Below are positions 18,003 to 28,178 of a stretch of 64,000 nucleotides of DNA, piece by piece. The notes under the pieces are model-generated. The model was given only the letters and a program-made list of their open reading frames with translations. It did no database searches and was not told where the DNA came from. Source of the DNA: Bacteroidales bacterium. Lineage in GTDB: Bacteria; Bacteroidota; Bacteroidia; Bacteroidales; UBA7960. The stretch's first letter is position 1, and the number at the start of each line of letters is the position of its first letter. The translations under genes and the position numbers were made by a program. The stretch is taken from assembly GCA_041687035.1 (NCBI GenBank), contig JAWLCS010000014.1:581-64580 (forward strand), in the 5' to 3' direction.

Positions 18003-19286
18003 ATGAAAAAATATACCACTTCGATTAATAAATCAGCTTTGGGTCTGAAAAAACTAAGGGGGTTAATATTCCTACTGTTTTTGAGCATCTCGGCCGGCAC
18101 ACAGGGGCAAGCCCTGCCCGTTCCGCAGCTCAACCTTGACGACCTGTTTTTTCAGGCGCAGGATCTGGCTTTTGAGCAGGAAGGATCTGCGGCCCGCGAG
18201 CTATGCAGGCAAATCCTTGAAATCAACCCCGATTATCACGATGCAAGCATACTGATGGCACGAACCCTGGCATGGGAGCAACGCTACGACGAGGCCTCGG
18301 AAATTTTGGAAGAGGTGATTGAGAAATCGCCTTCAAACAGGAGTGCACTAATGGCCATGACCGACGTACAGGCTTGGGCCGGCAATTTCCGTGAAGCCAT
18401 TGATTACCTTGACAAAGTGATTGTGAGCGATCCCAACAATCCTGACCTGCTGTTCAGAAAAGCCCAAATGCTTCACGAACTGGGCGAGTACCAGCCCACG
18501 GTAATTTTGCTTCACCAGATACTCGATATTGATCCCACCCACCGCGATGCCAAAGACCTGCTATCGACCATTGAGGTAGGACGTCTGAAAAACTTTGTGA
18601 GTGTGGGATACCGGGGCGATTATTTCGAAATGGCCAACTCCTGGCACCTTTTTTACGCCGAATACGGAAGACGAACCAACACCTTTGGTACGGTCATCTC
18701 GCGCGTGAATGTGGCCGACCGCTTTGGCAATACCGGCCTTCAGTTTGAGGTGGATGCTTATCCATCACTGGGGCCCGGTACTTATATGTACCTGAATGCA
18801 GGCTACTCGCCATACGACAAGCTGTTTCCGACTTTCAGGGCCGGCCTGGAGGTGTTCCAGAAGCTGCCATCGGCCTGGGAAGCATCCGCAGGGTTTCGAC
18901 TGCTCAACTTTACCGAAAACGACCTGCTTATCCTCACCGGGTCCATTAGCAAATACTACCGGCAGTATTATTTCAGCTTCAGGCCGTTTTTCACTTTTGC
19001 CAGCAATACCCCATCATCGCAATCATACTTCTTTACCGTAAGAAGGTATTTCTCCTCGCCCGACCACCATCTGTCCATCACGGCAGGCACAGGTTTTTCG
19101 GCCGACGACGATGCCCTGATCGGTGCCGAAGTGTACAACCTCGAGAGCAATAAGGTAATGCTTTGGTATCAGCAAAAAGCAACCCCGCAACTTATTATCA
19201 GGGCGGGCGCAGGCTACCAGTATTACAAAGGCGGTGTGTGGGGCAATAAATACACGGTTGAGGCCGGCGTTGCTTACTTGTTTTAA
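18003..19286 (+). CDS. Outer-membrane protein: N-terminal TPR repeats fused to a YaiO-like beta-barrel
   Basis: Signal peptide, about 170 aa of TPR-like repeats (NPDYHDA..., DPNNPDLLFRKAQ..., DPTHRDAKDLL), then a beta-strand-rich C-terminus ending in GVAYLF. Confidence 0.7.
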   Translation: MKKYTTSINKSALGLKKLRGLIFLLFLSISAGTQGQALPVPQLNLDDLFFQAQDLAFEQEGSAARELCRQILEINPDYHDASILMARTLAWEQRYDEASEILEEVIEKSPSNRSALMAMTDVQAWAGNFREAIDYLDKVIVSDPNNPDLLFRKAQMLHELGEYQPTVILLHQILDIDPTHRDAKDLLSTIEVGRLKNFVSVGYRGDYFEMANSWHLFYAEYGRRTNTFGTVISRVNVADRFGNTGLQFEVDAYPSLGPGTYMYLNAGYSPYDKLFPTFRAGLEVFQKLPSAWEASAGFRLLNFTENDLLILTGSISKYYRQYYFSFRPFFTFASNTPSSQSYFFTVRRYFSSPDHHLSITAGTGFSADDDALIGAEVYNLESNKVMLWYQQKATPQLIIRAGAGYQYYKGGVWGNKYTVEAGVAYLF

Positions 19287-19301
19287 AAGAGCGTTGGAAA
19301 A

Positions 19302-20645
19302 ATGAAAAAACTCACCACAATGACCAAAGGAAAAATTTATATAACGATTTTTCTCGCCATAACAGGGCTTTGGCTCACTTCTTTTCAAGTTAGCGCCATG
19401 GCCAATGCCCCCAGCGAAATAAGCAATGAATCTATTTTTAGCCCCTCGCCCGAAATTGGCGAAAGCGGCTCAGCTCTGCTTGCCTTTGGCGAAGATTCTG
19501 ATGCCAGCGAAAACCTCAGCCTGTGGCAGAAATTTAAAAACCAATATCAGCAGGCAGGCCTAAAGGTAAAGATCCTGGTGGTAATCGTTATTTATCTCCT
19601 CTTCAGTCTTATGATGCTGCTGCTTTACATCCTGATAAACCGCACCATAAAAACCCGCGAGAGGAAACAGGCCAGTGAAATCCAAGGCATTTACCAGGAT
19701 GAACTTACCGGCTTTCTTTTTGGCGAAGAAAACCAGACCTTCGAGTTTACCGGCATCAACCACGAGGTAAACCGCGATATTTTCATTAACGAGCTTTTAT
19801 CGCTGCACAACAACCTTTATGGCGAAGCTGCCACACGCCTGCGCGACCTTTACTTTAACCTGGAACTTTACAAAGACTCCTTGCGCAAAGTAAACAACCG
19901 CAAATGGAACGTGAAAGCCAAAGGGTTCAGGGAACTAGCCCAAATGGATGTGAAGGATGCCAACCGCAGCATTTCAAAATACATTAACTCGCGAAACGGG
20001 ATACTTCGCATGGAGTCGCAGCTTGCCCTGGTAAAACTGAATGAGGAAGACCCCCTGGGATTTCTCGATAATTTGAAGTACGAACTTACTGAGTGGGAAC
20101 AGGTAAACATCCATAACACCCTGGAGTACCACCAGATTTATATTGAATCGTTTGACCGCTGGATGACCAGCGAAAACCATAGCGTCGTAATTTTTGCCAC
20201 CAGGCTGGCAGGGCTCAATAAGCATATTCATTCGTGGCCCCAGGTGCTCAACCTGCTGGAGCATGAAAACCCCAAAGTGAGACAGTATGCTGTAAAAACC
20301 CTCGACATGCTTGAGGTAGCCGAAAACGCTGGCCCTCTGAAAGAGATTTACGAACAGGATCAGCGCCTTGAAGAGAAAAATGACGATGCCTTTTACAACC
20401 TCAATATGGACCGCAACAGGATGGCAGCCATCGAAGCGCTGGCTTCCATTGCTACACCTGCCGACCTTCCATTCATGGAAAAAGTGCTTAAAACAGAGAA
20501 AGATTTTAAAATCCTTAAACGGGCTGTGGCCATTACTGCAGGTATTTCACCCGGTGGCCCAGAACTGCTCGATCAGGTTTTCGACCGCGCCGATCCAGAA
20601 CTGAGGAAGATTATTGAAATAACGAAACAAACCGCAGCACAATGA
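19302..20645 (+). CDS. Inner-membrane HEAT-repeat protein (two TM segments plus a cytoplasmic HEAT/armadillo-like domain)
   Basis: Hydrophobic segments at about aa 12-30 and 90-112, and HEAT-like repeats (NPKVRQYAVKTLDML, RMAAIEALASI). Its stop codon overlaps the GT2 start (ATGA at 20642-20645). Confidence 0.6.
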   Translation: MKKLTTMTKGKIYITIFLAITGLWLTSFQVSAMANAPSEISNESIFSPSPEIGESGSALLAFGEDSDASENLSLWQKFKNQYQQAGLKVKILVVIVIYLLFSLMMLLLYILINRTIKTRERKQASEIQGIYQDELTGFLFGEENQTFEFTGINHEVNRDIFINELLSLHNNLYGEAATRLRDLYFNLELYKDSLRKVNNRKWNVKAKGFRELAQMDVKDANRSISKYINSRNGILRMESQLALVKLNEEDPLGFLDNLKYELTEWEQVNIHNTLEYHQIYIESFDRWMTSENHSVVIFATRLAGLNKHIHSWPQVLNLLEHENPKVRQYAVKTLDMLEVAENAGPLKEIYEQDQRLEEKNDDAFYNLNMDRNRMAAIEALASIATPADLPFMEKVLKTEKDFKILKRAVAITAGISPGGPELLDQVFDRADPELRKIIEITKQTAAQ

Positions 20646-22135
20646 TAGAATTTTTTAAAGTACTGCAATTTATAGTTGAAAACGGGATAATAATCCTTAC
20701 CATTTTCATCTTCGGGTCGTATACCGCCCTCGCCATATTTTCTGCCATTGCCATGTTACGCTACATGCGCAAAAATAGCTTTGTTGACTATAACGTGCTG
20801 CTTTCCTCTCCCCTGGCGCCTTCCATTTCGGTAATTGCCCCGGCCTTTAACGAGGGAAAAACCATAGTGGACAATATCAGAAGTCTTCTTTCGCTGCATT
20901 ACAACGACTATGAAGTCATCATAATCAACGACGGCAGCACCGACGATTCGCTCGACAAGGTGATCAAAGCATACGATCTGGTGCCGGTAAACCTGCTATA
21001 CGAGGAAAAGCTCAAAACCAAGCCAGTAAAAGCCATTTACAAGTCGCGCAACAAGGCTTTTTCAAAACTGGTGGTAATCGACAAGGAAAATGGCGGTAAG
21101 GCCGATGCCCTGAACGCCGGCATCAACCTTACACAAAAGGAGTACATTTCAGCTATTGATGTGGACTCTATCCTGGTGGAAGATGCGCTGCTGATTATGG
21201 CCAAGCCTTTCCTGGAAGATTCGGGCCACAAAATTATTGCCTCGGGCGGGGTTATTCGTATTGCCAACTCGTGCAAAATTGAAGATGGGCACATTACAGA
21301 GGTCCGCCTTCCCAGAAATTTCCTGGCCCGCATACAGGTACTCGAATACACCCGCGCCTTCCTTATGGGCCGAATGGCATGGAGCAAACTCAACGGTCTC
21401 TTGCTTATCTCGGGCGCCTTTGGCATGTTTAACCGCGATGTGGTGATCAACTGCGGCGGATACAATACCGACCTGGTAGGCGAAGACATGGAGTTGATCG
21501 TGCGCATGCGCCGTTACATGGCCGAACGCAAGGAAAAATACCGTGTAATTTATATTCCCGACCCGCTTTGCTGGACCGAGGTGCCTTCGAAACTCAAGGT
21601 ACTGGTGCGCCAACGCGACCGCTGGACCAGGGGAACCATGGAAAGCCTATTCAAGCATTTTAAGTTGTTTTTCAACCCGCGCTACAAATCACTGGGTCTG
21701 CTGGGTCACCCCTACTGGTTTTTTCTCGAGTGGCTGGCACCCATTATTGAGTTTATCGGCATTGTGTATTTCATTATCATTGCCATACTGGGGTATCCAA
21801 ACTGGCCGTTCTTCTTCCTGCTGCTGGCCACAGTTTACCTGTTTGCCATAACCCTGAGTTTCTGGGCCGTGCTGTTCGAAGAGCTTTCATTTCACCGCTA
21901 TAACAAGCGGCGCGAGGTGGTAAAAATGCTGTTCACCTCACTGCTCGAGCCCATTCTTTTTCACCCCGTGGTGCTTTTCTCTACCCTTCGCGGGAATTTT
22001 AAGTTCTTCATTGGTGAAAAAACCTGGGGTAAGATGGAGCGGCAAGGCTTTGTGGAAAATGATAAAAACGAAGTTAAAGAGGTTGAAGGCGAGCACCCCG
22101 AATCTGTCGAATCGACTGAAAACGTCTCAAAATAA
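20642..22135 (+). CDS. Processive family-2 glycosyltransferase (PgaC/IcaA/NfrB/cellulose-synthase-like polysaccharide synthase)
   Basis: N-terminal TM helix, IINDGSTDD, GGKADALN, AIDVDS, GEDMEL and QRDRWTRG (QxxRW), plus several C-terminal TM helices. Confidence 0.85.
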   Translation: MIEFFKVLQFIVENGIIILTIFIFGSYTALAIFSAIAMLRYMRKNSFVDYNVLLSSPLAPSISVIAPAFNEGKTIVDNIRSLLSLHYNDYEVIIINDGSTDDSLDKVIKAYDLVPVNLLYEEKLKTKPVKAIYKSRNKAFSKLVVIDKENGGKADALNAGINLTQKEYISAIDVDSILVEDALLIMAKPFLEDSGHKIIASGGVIRIANSCKIEDGHITEVRLPRNFLARIQVLEYTRAFLMGRMAWSKLNGLLLISGAFGMFNRDVVINCGGYNTDLVGEDMELIVRMRRYMAERKEKYRVIYIPDPLCWTEVPSKLKVLVRQRDRWTRGTMESLFKHFKLFFNPRYKSLGLLGHPYWFFLEWLAPIIEFIGIVYFIIIAILGYPNWPFFFLLLATVYLFAITLSFWAVLFEELSFHRYNKRREVVKMLFTSLLEPILFHPVVLFSTLRGNFKFFIGEKTWGKMERQGFVENDKNEVKEVEGEHPESVESTENVSK

Positions 22136-22167
22136 ACCTTTCCAGGTTTTTCCCAACCCCCCGGAAG

Positions 22168-22196
22168 ACCGGCCAACTGGCCGGTTTTCCTGTTTT
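22168..22196 (+). terminator. Rho-independent terminator after the GT2 gene
   Basis: ACCGGCC-AACT-GGCCGGT (7-bp GC-rich stem, 4-nt loop) followed by TTTCCTGTTTT. Confidence 0.7.
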
Positions 22197-22227
22197 GGGG
22201 CATCAACGGGCATTTATGTTATTTTTG
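22194..22227 (+). promoter_or_regulatory. Candidate Bacteroidota-type promoter for yicC (-33 TTTG / -7 TATTTTTG)
   Basis: TAnnTTTG match at 22220-22227, 13 nt before the yicC ATG, with a TTTG at 22194-22197. Confidence 0.35.
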
Positions 22228-22240
22228 TAAAAAAAACCAC

Positions 22241-23116
22241 ATGATCAAATCAATGACAGGTTTCGGCAAGGCTGGTTGCCAGTTGGATGAAAAAAGCATC
22301 AGCATTGAGATAAAATCGCTAAACAGCAAGTCGCTCGATGTCTCCTTAAAGATACCCGGCAGTTTCAGGGAAAAGGAACAGGTAATCCGCAACCTTGCCG
22401 GGCAGGTGCTCGGAAGAGGCAAAGTGGAGGTTTTCATGAACGTAGAAAACCTGGGCGGCAGCACCGATGTGGCCATTAACAAACCACTCTTTATCAGGTA
22501 TTTCAACGAGTTAAAAGAACTTGCAAGGGAGCTGAAAACAGCGATTCCAGACGACCTCATAACAGCCATAACCCGTTTCCCCGAGGTGCTGAAGCAGGCC
22601 CCGCAGGAAGAAGACGAGCAATCCTGGGCCACAATAGAGGCTGCCATACTCGAAGCCATGCAGCAGGCCGACAAATTCAGGCAATCGGAAGGGGCCCATC
22701 TGGCCGAAGACCTGCATGCCCGCATCGAAGCCATTCGTGGGCTTCTTGGGCAAATAAAGCCCTTCGAGTCAAACCGCATCGAAAGCCTGAAAATGCGCCT
22801 TATGAAAGGCCTCAACGACCTGAAGGAGGCCGGGCAGCCCGACCCCAACCGCTTTGAGCAAGAACTGATATTTTACCTCGAAAAGCTCGACATTACCGAA
22901 GAAAAGGTTCGCCTGACCAAACACCTCGATTATTTTGAAGACACCATGCGCTCGGAAGATAATGCCGGCAAAAAACTCGGTTTCATTTCGCAGGAAATTG
23001 GCCGCGAGATAAACACCATTGGCAGTAAAGCCAACGATGCCGACATACAGAAGATCGTGGTACAGATGAAAGATGAACTGGAAAAAATTAAGGAGCAATT
23101 GCTGAACATCTTATAA
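22241..23116 (+). CDS. yicC: YicC-family stress-induced protein
   Basis: MIKSMTGFG N-terminus, C-terminal QEIGREINTIGSKAN motif, 291 aa. Confidence 0.88.
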   Translation: MIKSMTGFGKAGCQLDEKSISIEIKSLNSKSLDVSLKIPGSFREKEQVIRNLAGQVLGRGKVEVFMNVENLGGSTDVAINKPLFIRYFNELKELARELKTAIPDDLITAITRFPEVLKQAPQEEDEQSWATIEAAILEAMQQADKFRQSEGAHLAEDLHARIEAIRGLLGQIKPFESNRIESLKMRLMKGLNDLKEAGQPDPNRFEQELIFYLEKLDITEEKVRLTKHLDYFEDTMRSEDNAGKKLGFISQEIGREINTIGSKANDADIQKIVVQMKDELEKIKEQLLNIL

Positions 23117-23118
23117 CC

Positions 23119-23688
23119 ATGGAAGGAAAACTTTTTATCTTTTCCGCTCCTTCAGGGGCCGGCAAAACCAGCATTGTGCGGGCACTGCTCGCCCAAATGC
23201 CACAGCTCGAGTTTTCGGTATCAGCTACCAGCAGGCCCATGCGACCCGGCGAAACCGAGGGGGTGGATTACTACTTTCTGAGTGCCGATACCTTTCGCGA
23301 AAAGATTGAGAATGGTGAGTTTCTGGAGTGGGAAGAAGTATACAACGGCAGTTTTTACGGCACCCTGTATTCGGAGGTGCAACGCATTTGGGACAAAGGG
23401 CACCATGTCGTTTTTGATGTGGATGTAGCCGGTGGCATTAACATAAAGAAAAAGTTTGGCGAAAAGGCCCTTTCCATTTTTGTGATGCCGCCCTCGATTG
23501 AAGAACTGGAAAAACGCCTGGTGAACCGTAAAACCGAAACCCCCGAAAGCCTGAAGAAAAGACTGAGTAAGGCGCGCTACGAGCTGAGCTTTGCCGGTGA
23601 GTTCGACATAGTGGTGGTAAACGACAAGCTGTCCCAGGCCATTGAAGATGCACGCAAGCTGGTGGGAGATTTTCTTGAAAACAGCTGA
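23119..23688 (+). CDS. gmk: Guanylate kinase
   Basis: P-loop SAPSGAGKTS, SATSRPMRPGE..GVDYYF. Confidence 0.93.
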   Translation: MEGKLFIFSAPSGAGKTSIVRALLAQMPQLEFSVSATSRPMRPGETEGVDYYFLSADTFREKIENGEFLEWEEVYNGSFYGTLYSEVQRIWDKGHHVVFDVDVAGGINIKKKFGEKALSIFVMPPSIEELEKRLVNRKTETPESLKKRLSKARYELSFAGEFDIVVVNDKLSQAIEDARKLVGDFLENS

Positions 23689-23691
23689 CTG

Positions 23692-24291
23692 ATGAACAAC
23701 CCTGAGCAAAAAACAAGAACCGGCCTTTTCCCCGGATCCTTCAACCCTGTGCATAACGGGCACCTGATCATTGCACACCACCTGTTGCAATACTCCGACC
23801 TTGAAGAAGTCTGGTTTGTCATTTCGCCCCACAATCCCTTAAAAGAAAATGCCGGTTTGCTCCCCGACCAGGTCAGGCTCGAACTGCTGAAAATGGCAGT
23901 GGAAGACCAGCCTGGCTTTTCGGTTTGTGAGCGCGAACTGAGCATGCAGAGGCCTTCTTACACCTACAAAACCCTCGATGTTTTAAAAAAAGAATTCCCC
24001 GAAAGGGATTTTGTGCTGATTATTGGCAGCGACAACCTCGATGTGTTCGACCAGTGGAAAGAGCACAAAAAAATCCTGGCGGAAACCGATATTTACGTGT
24101 ATCCACGCAAAGGCTCGCCAGGATCGGTATTTTATGATGCTCCGCGGGTGAAACTGGTGGATGCACCCTTGATGGAGATTTCGTCCACTTTTATCAGGGA
24201 GGCTTTCCGCAAAGGAAAGGACCCCAGGTATTTAATGCCCGAAAAGGTGTACAGGCAAATTATTACGCAACAGTATATCCCTAAAGATTAA
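23692..24291 (+). CDS. nadD: Nicotinate-nucleotide adenylyltransferase
   Basis: [15 protein letters not shown] (HxGH nucleotidyltransferase motif) and ISSTFIR. Confidence 0.9.
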   Translation: MNNPEQKTRTGLFPGSFNPVHNGHLIIAHHLLQYSDLEEVWFVISPHNPLKENAGLLPDQVRLELLKMAVEDQPGFSVCERELSMQRPSYTYKTLDVLKKEFPERDFVLIIGSDNLDVFDQWKEHKKILAETDIYVYPRKGSPGSVFYDAPRVKLVDAPLMEISSTFIREAFRKGKDPRYLMPEKVYRQIITQQYIPKD

Positions 24292-25612
24292 ATTCCTTTT
24301 TCAGGATCTCAACATAGTCTTCCTTTTCCCAGGCAAAAAATTTCACTTCTTTATACTTCTTCTTCACTATTTTGCCATCCAGTTTCACCTCCACCTCTTC
24401 CACGTCAGGGCCATCATACAATACCTCCACTTTTTCGGTGTAGTGGGTGCGGCCAAAATGTCCGTAGGTGGTAGTTCTTTTAAATATGGGGTTCTTCAGC
24501 CCAAAGCGCCTGATAATGGCAAAAGGGCGAAGGTCAAAAATTTCCTTAATTTTTTCTGCGATCTGCCCGTCCGACAGATTCACCCTGGAGGAGCCGTAAG
24601 TATTAACAAATACGCCAACCGGTTCAGCAACGCCAATGGCATAGGCCAGCTGCACAAGCACCTCATCGGCTACACCGGCAGCCACCATGTTGCGTGCAAT
24701 GTGCCTTGCGGCATAAGCAGCCGAGCGGTCTACCTTGCTGGCATCCTTACCTGAGAAGGCGCCCCCGCCATGGGCTCCCTTTCCGCCGTATGTATCAACG
24801 ATGATCTTGCGTCCGGTCAGGCCGGTATCACCGTGGGGGCCGCCAATGACAAACTTTCCAGTGGGGTTTACCAGCAGATTGAAGCCATTCTCAAACAGGG
24901 GCCGAATCCTCTCGGGCAGCTCGCTTATGGCTACAGGGATAAGGTATTCCTGAATATCTTCCTTTATCTGCTTTTGCATGGCCACTTCCGCGGAAAAACG
25001 GGCCTGATCAGAATCGTCGGCAGGAAGAATAAATTCGTCGTGCTGAGTAGACACCACTATGGTATCGATGCGCACTGGCTGATGGCCTTCGTCGTATTCA
25101 ATGGTAACCTGCGATTTGCTGTCGGGGCGCAGGTACTTCATTACCTTCCCTTCCTTTCGAATACGTGCCAATTGCTGCAGCAAAATATGCGAAAGGTCGA
25201 GCGAAAGCGGCATGTATTCGTCGGTTTCGCGCGAAGCGTAGCCAAACATCATACCCTGATCGCCGGCGCCCTGATCTTCTTCGCGCCCGCGCTCAACGCC
25301 CTGGCGAATATCGGCCGACTGCTCATGAATGGCAGAAAGGACACCGCATGATTCAGCTTCGAACTTCAGGGCCGAGTCGGTATAGCCAATTTCTTTCAGC
25401 ACTTCGCGAACCACACCTTGTATATCTACCCAGGCCGTGGTTTTTACTTCTCCACCACAAACCACCAGGCCGGTGGTTACAAGGGTCTCGCAAGCAACTT
25501 TCGATTCAGGATCCTGGCGCAGAAACTCGTCGAGCAGGGCGTCAGAAATCTGATCGGCAACTTTATCCGGATGACCTTCTGAAACGGATTCAGAGGTAAA
25601 AAGATATCCCAT
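24281..25612 (-). CDS. metK: S-adenosylmethionine synthetase
   Basis: [41 protein letters not shown]. It has the C-terminal extension common in Bacteroidota. Confidence 0.95.
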   Translation of the reverse strand: MGYLFTSESVSEGHPDKVADQISDALLDEFLRQDPESKVACETLVTTGLVVCGGEVKTTAWVDIQGVVREVLKEIGYTDSALKFEAESCGVLSAIHEQSADIRQGVERGREEDQGAGDQGMMFGYASRETDEYMPLSLDLSHILLQQLARIRKEGKVMKYLRPDSKSQVTIEYDEGHQPVRIDTIVVSTQHDEFILPADDSDQARFSAEVAMQKQIKEDIQEYLIPVAISELPERIRPLFENGFNLLVNPTGKFVIGGPHGDTGLTGRKIIVDTYGGKGAHGGGAFSGKDASKVDRSAAYAARHIARNMVAAGVADEVLVQLAYAIGVAEPVGVFVNTYGSSRVNLSDGQIAEKIKEIFDLRPFAIIRRFGLKNPIFKRTTTYGHFGRTHYTEKVEVLYDGPDVEEVEVKLDGKIVKKKYKEVKFFAWEKEDYVEILKKEFNL

Positions 25613-25685
25613 AATAAAAAAGGCTTAAGTATTCTTAAAAATTGATGCGCAAAGGTAATGAATATAATCAAAAAAAAAGTTCAGA

Positions 25686-26594
25686 TCAGCCAGTAAGTTG
25701 CCTGAACACCTGCTCCAGCGATTGCTCCTCGTGATCCATGGAAAGGATGACCAGTCCGTGCTTTACGGCGAAATGAAACACTTCAGGCCGGAGATCGCGC
25801 TCGCTCTGTGCAAAGATGCGGCAGGATGCGGGTCCGGTTTCAATCACATCCACCACCCCTTCCAACTCCCGAAGGGTTTCAGCGGGGTATGCCCGGTCGA
25901 AAGCCACACGTATGATGCGCGAAGTCTGGTTGAGCAGTTGCACCTGGCTGGTCGGGGCATCGGCCACGATATTTCCGCGGTTAATAATGATAACACGGTC
26001 GCAAACAGCTTCTACCTCCTGCATAATGTGGGTGGAGAGCAGTACGGTTTTTTCCTTACCGATGTTGCGAATCAGCTGGCGGATCTCGCCCAGCTGGTTG
26101 GGGTCAAGCCCTGAGGTGGGCTCATCGAGGATAAGCACCTGAGGATCGTGAATGAGCGCCTGGGCCAGGCCAACCCGCTGGCGGTATCCTTTCGACAAGG
26201 CGCCAATCTTTTTGCCGGCCTCCAGACTAAGCCCGGTAAGGCCTATCATGTTGTTTACGCGCTGGCGCACCCGCTTGCCAAGCTTATGTATGCCCGCCAC
26301 AAATTCAAGATACTCTTTTACGTACATCTCCAGGTACAGTGGGTTATGCTCGGGAAGGTATCCCACCATGCGGCGCACTTCAAGGGGCTGCGAAACCACA
26401 TCGAAGCCGCAAACAGAAACCTGTCCGCTGGTTTGTGGAAGGTAGCAAGTAAGGATTTTCATCATGGTTGACTTGCCGGCCCCGTTAGGCCCCAGAAGGG
26501 CAACCACCTCGCCCTGGCTAACTGAAAAGGAAACTTGGTGAAGGGCCTTTTGCGCCCCATATAGCTTGGTTACATTTTTGGCTTCTATCGACAT
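25686..26594 (-). CDS. gldA: ABC transporter ATP-binding protein, GldA-like
   Basis: Walker A GPNGAGKST, signature LSKGYRQRVGLAQAL, Walker B LILDEPTSGLD. The overall sequence closely matches my recollection of Flavobacterium GldA, but no gldF/gldG is adjacent. Confidence 0.6.
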   Translation of the reverse strand: MSIEAKNVTKLYGAQKALHQVSFSVSQGEVVALLGPNGAGKSTMMKILTCYLPQTSGQVSVCGFDVVSQPLEVRRMVGYLPEHNPLYLEMYVKEYLEFVAGIHKLGKRVRQRVNNMIGLTGLSLEAGKKIGALSKGYRQRVGLAQALIHDPQVLILDEPTSGLDPNQLGEIRQLIRNIGKEKTVLLSTHIMQEVEAVCDRVIIINRGNIVADAPTSQVQLLNQTSRIIRVAFDRAYPAETLRELEGVVDVIETGPASCRIFAQSERDLRPEVFHFAVKHGLVILSMDHEEQSLEQVFRQLTG

Positions 26595-26669
26595 GTTCGA
26601 TTGCGGGTTTGCGCTAAATTACTAATTTTATGAAAAATTGGGCCATAATCATTTTTCAATAAAACGGAA

Positions 26670-27584
26670 TTGAAAGGCATTGTTACAAAATCGACCGGGA
26701 GCTGGTACACTGTTATGGACGAGCAGGGTCATCGTCACGAATGCCGCTTGCGCGGAAAGTTCAAGATAGCGGGGGTGAAATCGACCAACCCCCTGGCCGT
26801 GGGCGATCAGGTGGAGTTTCAGCTGGACCAGGGCCAGCAAACCGCTACCATCACCGGCATATCCGACCGTCGCAACTACATAATCCGAAAGGCCACCAAC
26901 CTTTCCAAACAAACCCATATTATTGCAGCCAATATGGACCAGGCCATGGTCATTGCCACCCTGGCGGAGCCGCGCACCTCAACAGGTTTCATCGACCGCT
27001 TTCTGGTAACCTGTGAAGCTTACAGCATTCCGGCCATTATCGTTTTCAACAAAAGCGATCTGTATGATAAAGAAAGCAAGGATTATATCGAACAGCTAAC
27101 ACAGATGTATCGCGACACAGGCTATCAGACCCTGATCGTTTCGGCCACCAAAAAGGAAAACCTTGAAGCCTTTGAAAACATGCTGCGCGGAAAAACCACC
27201 TTGCTGGCAGGACATTCTGGCGTGGGAAAATCGACACTTATCAATGCCATTGAACCCAGCCTCAACCTTAAGGTACAAACCATCTCACAAGCGCACCTCA
27301 AAGGAAGGCACACCACCACCTTTGCCGAGATGTTTCAACTTCCAGGGGGTGGCTTTATCATCGATACGCCGGGCATAAAAGAGTTTGGACTGGTGGATTT
27401 CGAACCCTGGGATCTCTCGCATTACTTCCCCGAGATGCGCGCCCTGTTCAACCAGTGCCGTTTCGACAATTGCACCCACCACAACGAGCCCGGCTGCAAG
27501 GTAAAGGAGGCGGTGGAAAACGGAAAAATCAGCATTTTGAGGTACAACAACTACCTGAACATGCTTATGGGCGAAGAAAGGTAG
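26670..27584 (+). CDS. rsgA: Ribosome small-subunit-dependent GTPase A
   Basis: OB-fold N-terminus, circularly permuted GTPase (NKSDL ... GHSGVGKSTLIN ... DTPG), and a C-terminal Zn knuckle (CRFDNCTHHNEPGC). The apparent start codon is TTG. Confidence 0.9.
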   Translation: MKGIVTKSTGSWYTVMDEQGHRHECRLRGKFKIAGVKSTNPLAVGDQVEFQLDQGQQTATITGISDRRNYIIRKATNLSKQTHIIAANMDQAMVIATLAEPRTSTGFIDRFLVTCEAYSIPAIIVFNKSDLYDKESKDYIEQLTQMYRDTGYQTLIVSATKKENLEAFENMLRGKTTLLAGHSGVGKSTLINAIEPSLNLKVQTISQAHLKGRHTTTFAEMFQLPGGGFIIDTPGIKEFGLVDFEPWDLSHYFPEMRALFNQCRFDNCTHHNEPGCKVKEAVENGKISILRYNNYLNMLMGEER

Positions 27585-27707
27585 AATTGAAAATTGAATG
27601 TTTAAATTTTTTGAGCAATTTAAGAGTTCAGAACCAGGGGAAGAACAGAAATAATGGCATTCCCTCAAAATCCCAGATCATAATTCATTATTCATAAATA
27701 TTGCAAG

Positions 27708-28160
27708 GTGAGAGCGGTAATTCAACGTGTGGAAAAGGCAAGCGTAGAAATTGAGAACAGCCTGCATGCCTCTATCGGGCCAGGAATGCTTGTGCTGCTG
27801 GGCATTGAAGAGGCCGACAACCGCGAGGATTTGGAATGGCTGGCCGGAAAAATATCACGCCTTCGCATTTTCGACGATCAGAACGGGGTAATGAACCTTC
27901 CTATAGATGAGGTGAACGGCGAAATCATGGTGGTAAGCCAATTTACCCTGCATGCCAGCACAAAAAAAGGAAACCGGCCCTCATACATTCGCGCCGCCAG
28001 GCCCGAGCAAGCCATCCCGCTTTACGAAGCTTTTCTGAAACAGCTTGAGAAGGAAACCGGCAAAGCACCCAAAGCAGGTGTTTTTGGCGCCATGATGAAA
28101 GTTTCGCTTATTAATGACGGTCCGGTTACCATTATTATCGACACCAAAGCAAAGGAATAA
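27708..28160 (+). CDS. dtd: D-aminoacyl-tRNA deacylase
   Basis: MRAVIQRV..., SQFTL..., NDGPVT motifs, 150 aa, GTG start. Confidence 0.92.
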   Translation: MRAVIQRVEKASVEIENSLHASIGPGMLVLLGIEEADNREDLEWLAGKISRLRIFDDQNGVMNLPIDEVNGEIMVVSQFTLHASTKKGNRPSYIRAARPEQAIPLYEAFLKQLEKETGKAPKAGVFGAMMKVSLINDGPVTIIIDTKAKE

Positions 28161-28178
28161 TCCCGAATTCATTTTAAG

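Noticed and set aside
25613-25685. Possible SAM riboswitch upstream of metK.
   Set aside because: Only 73 nt of AT-rich spacer separates metK from the upstream gene. That is too short for a riboswitch, and it lacks any conserved SAM-I, SAM-II or SAM-IV core sequence.
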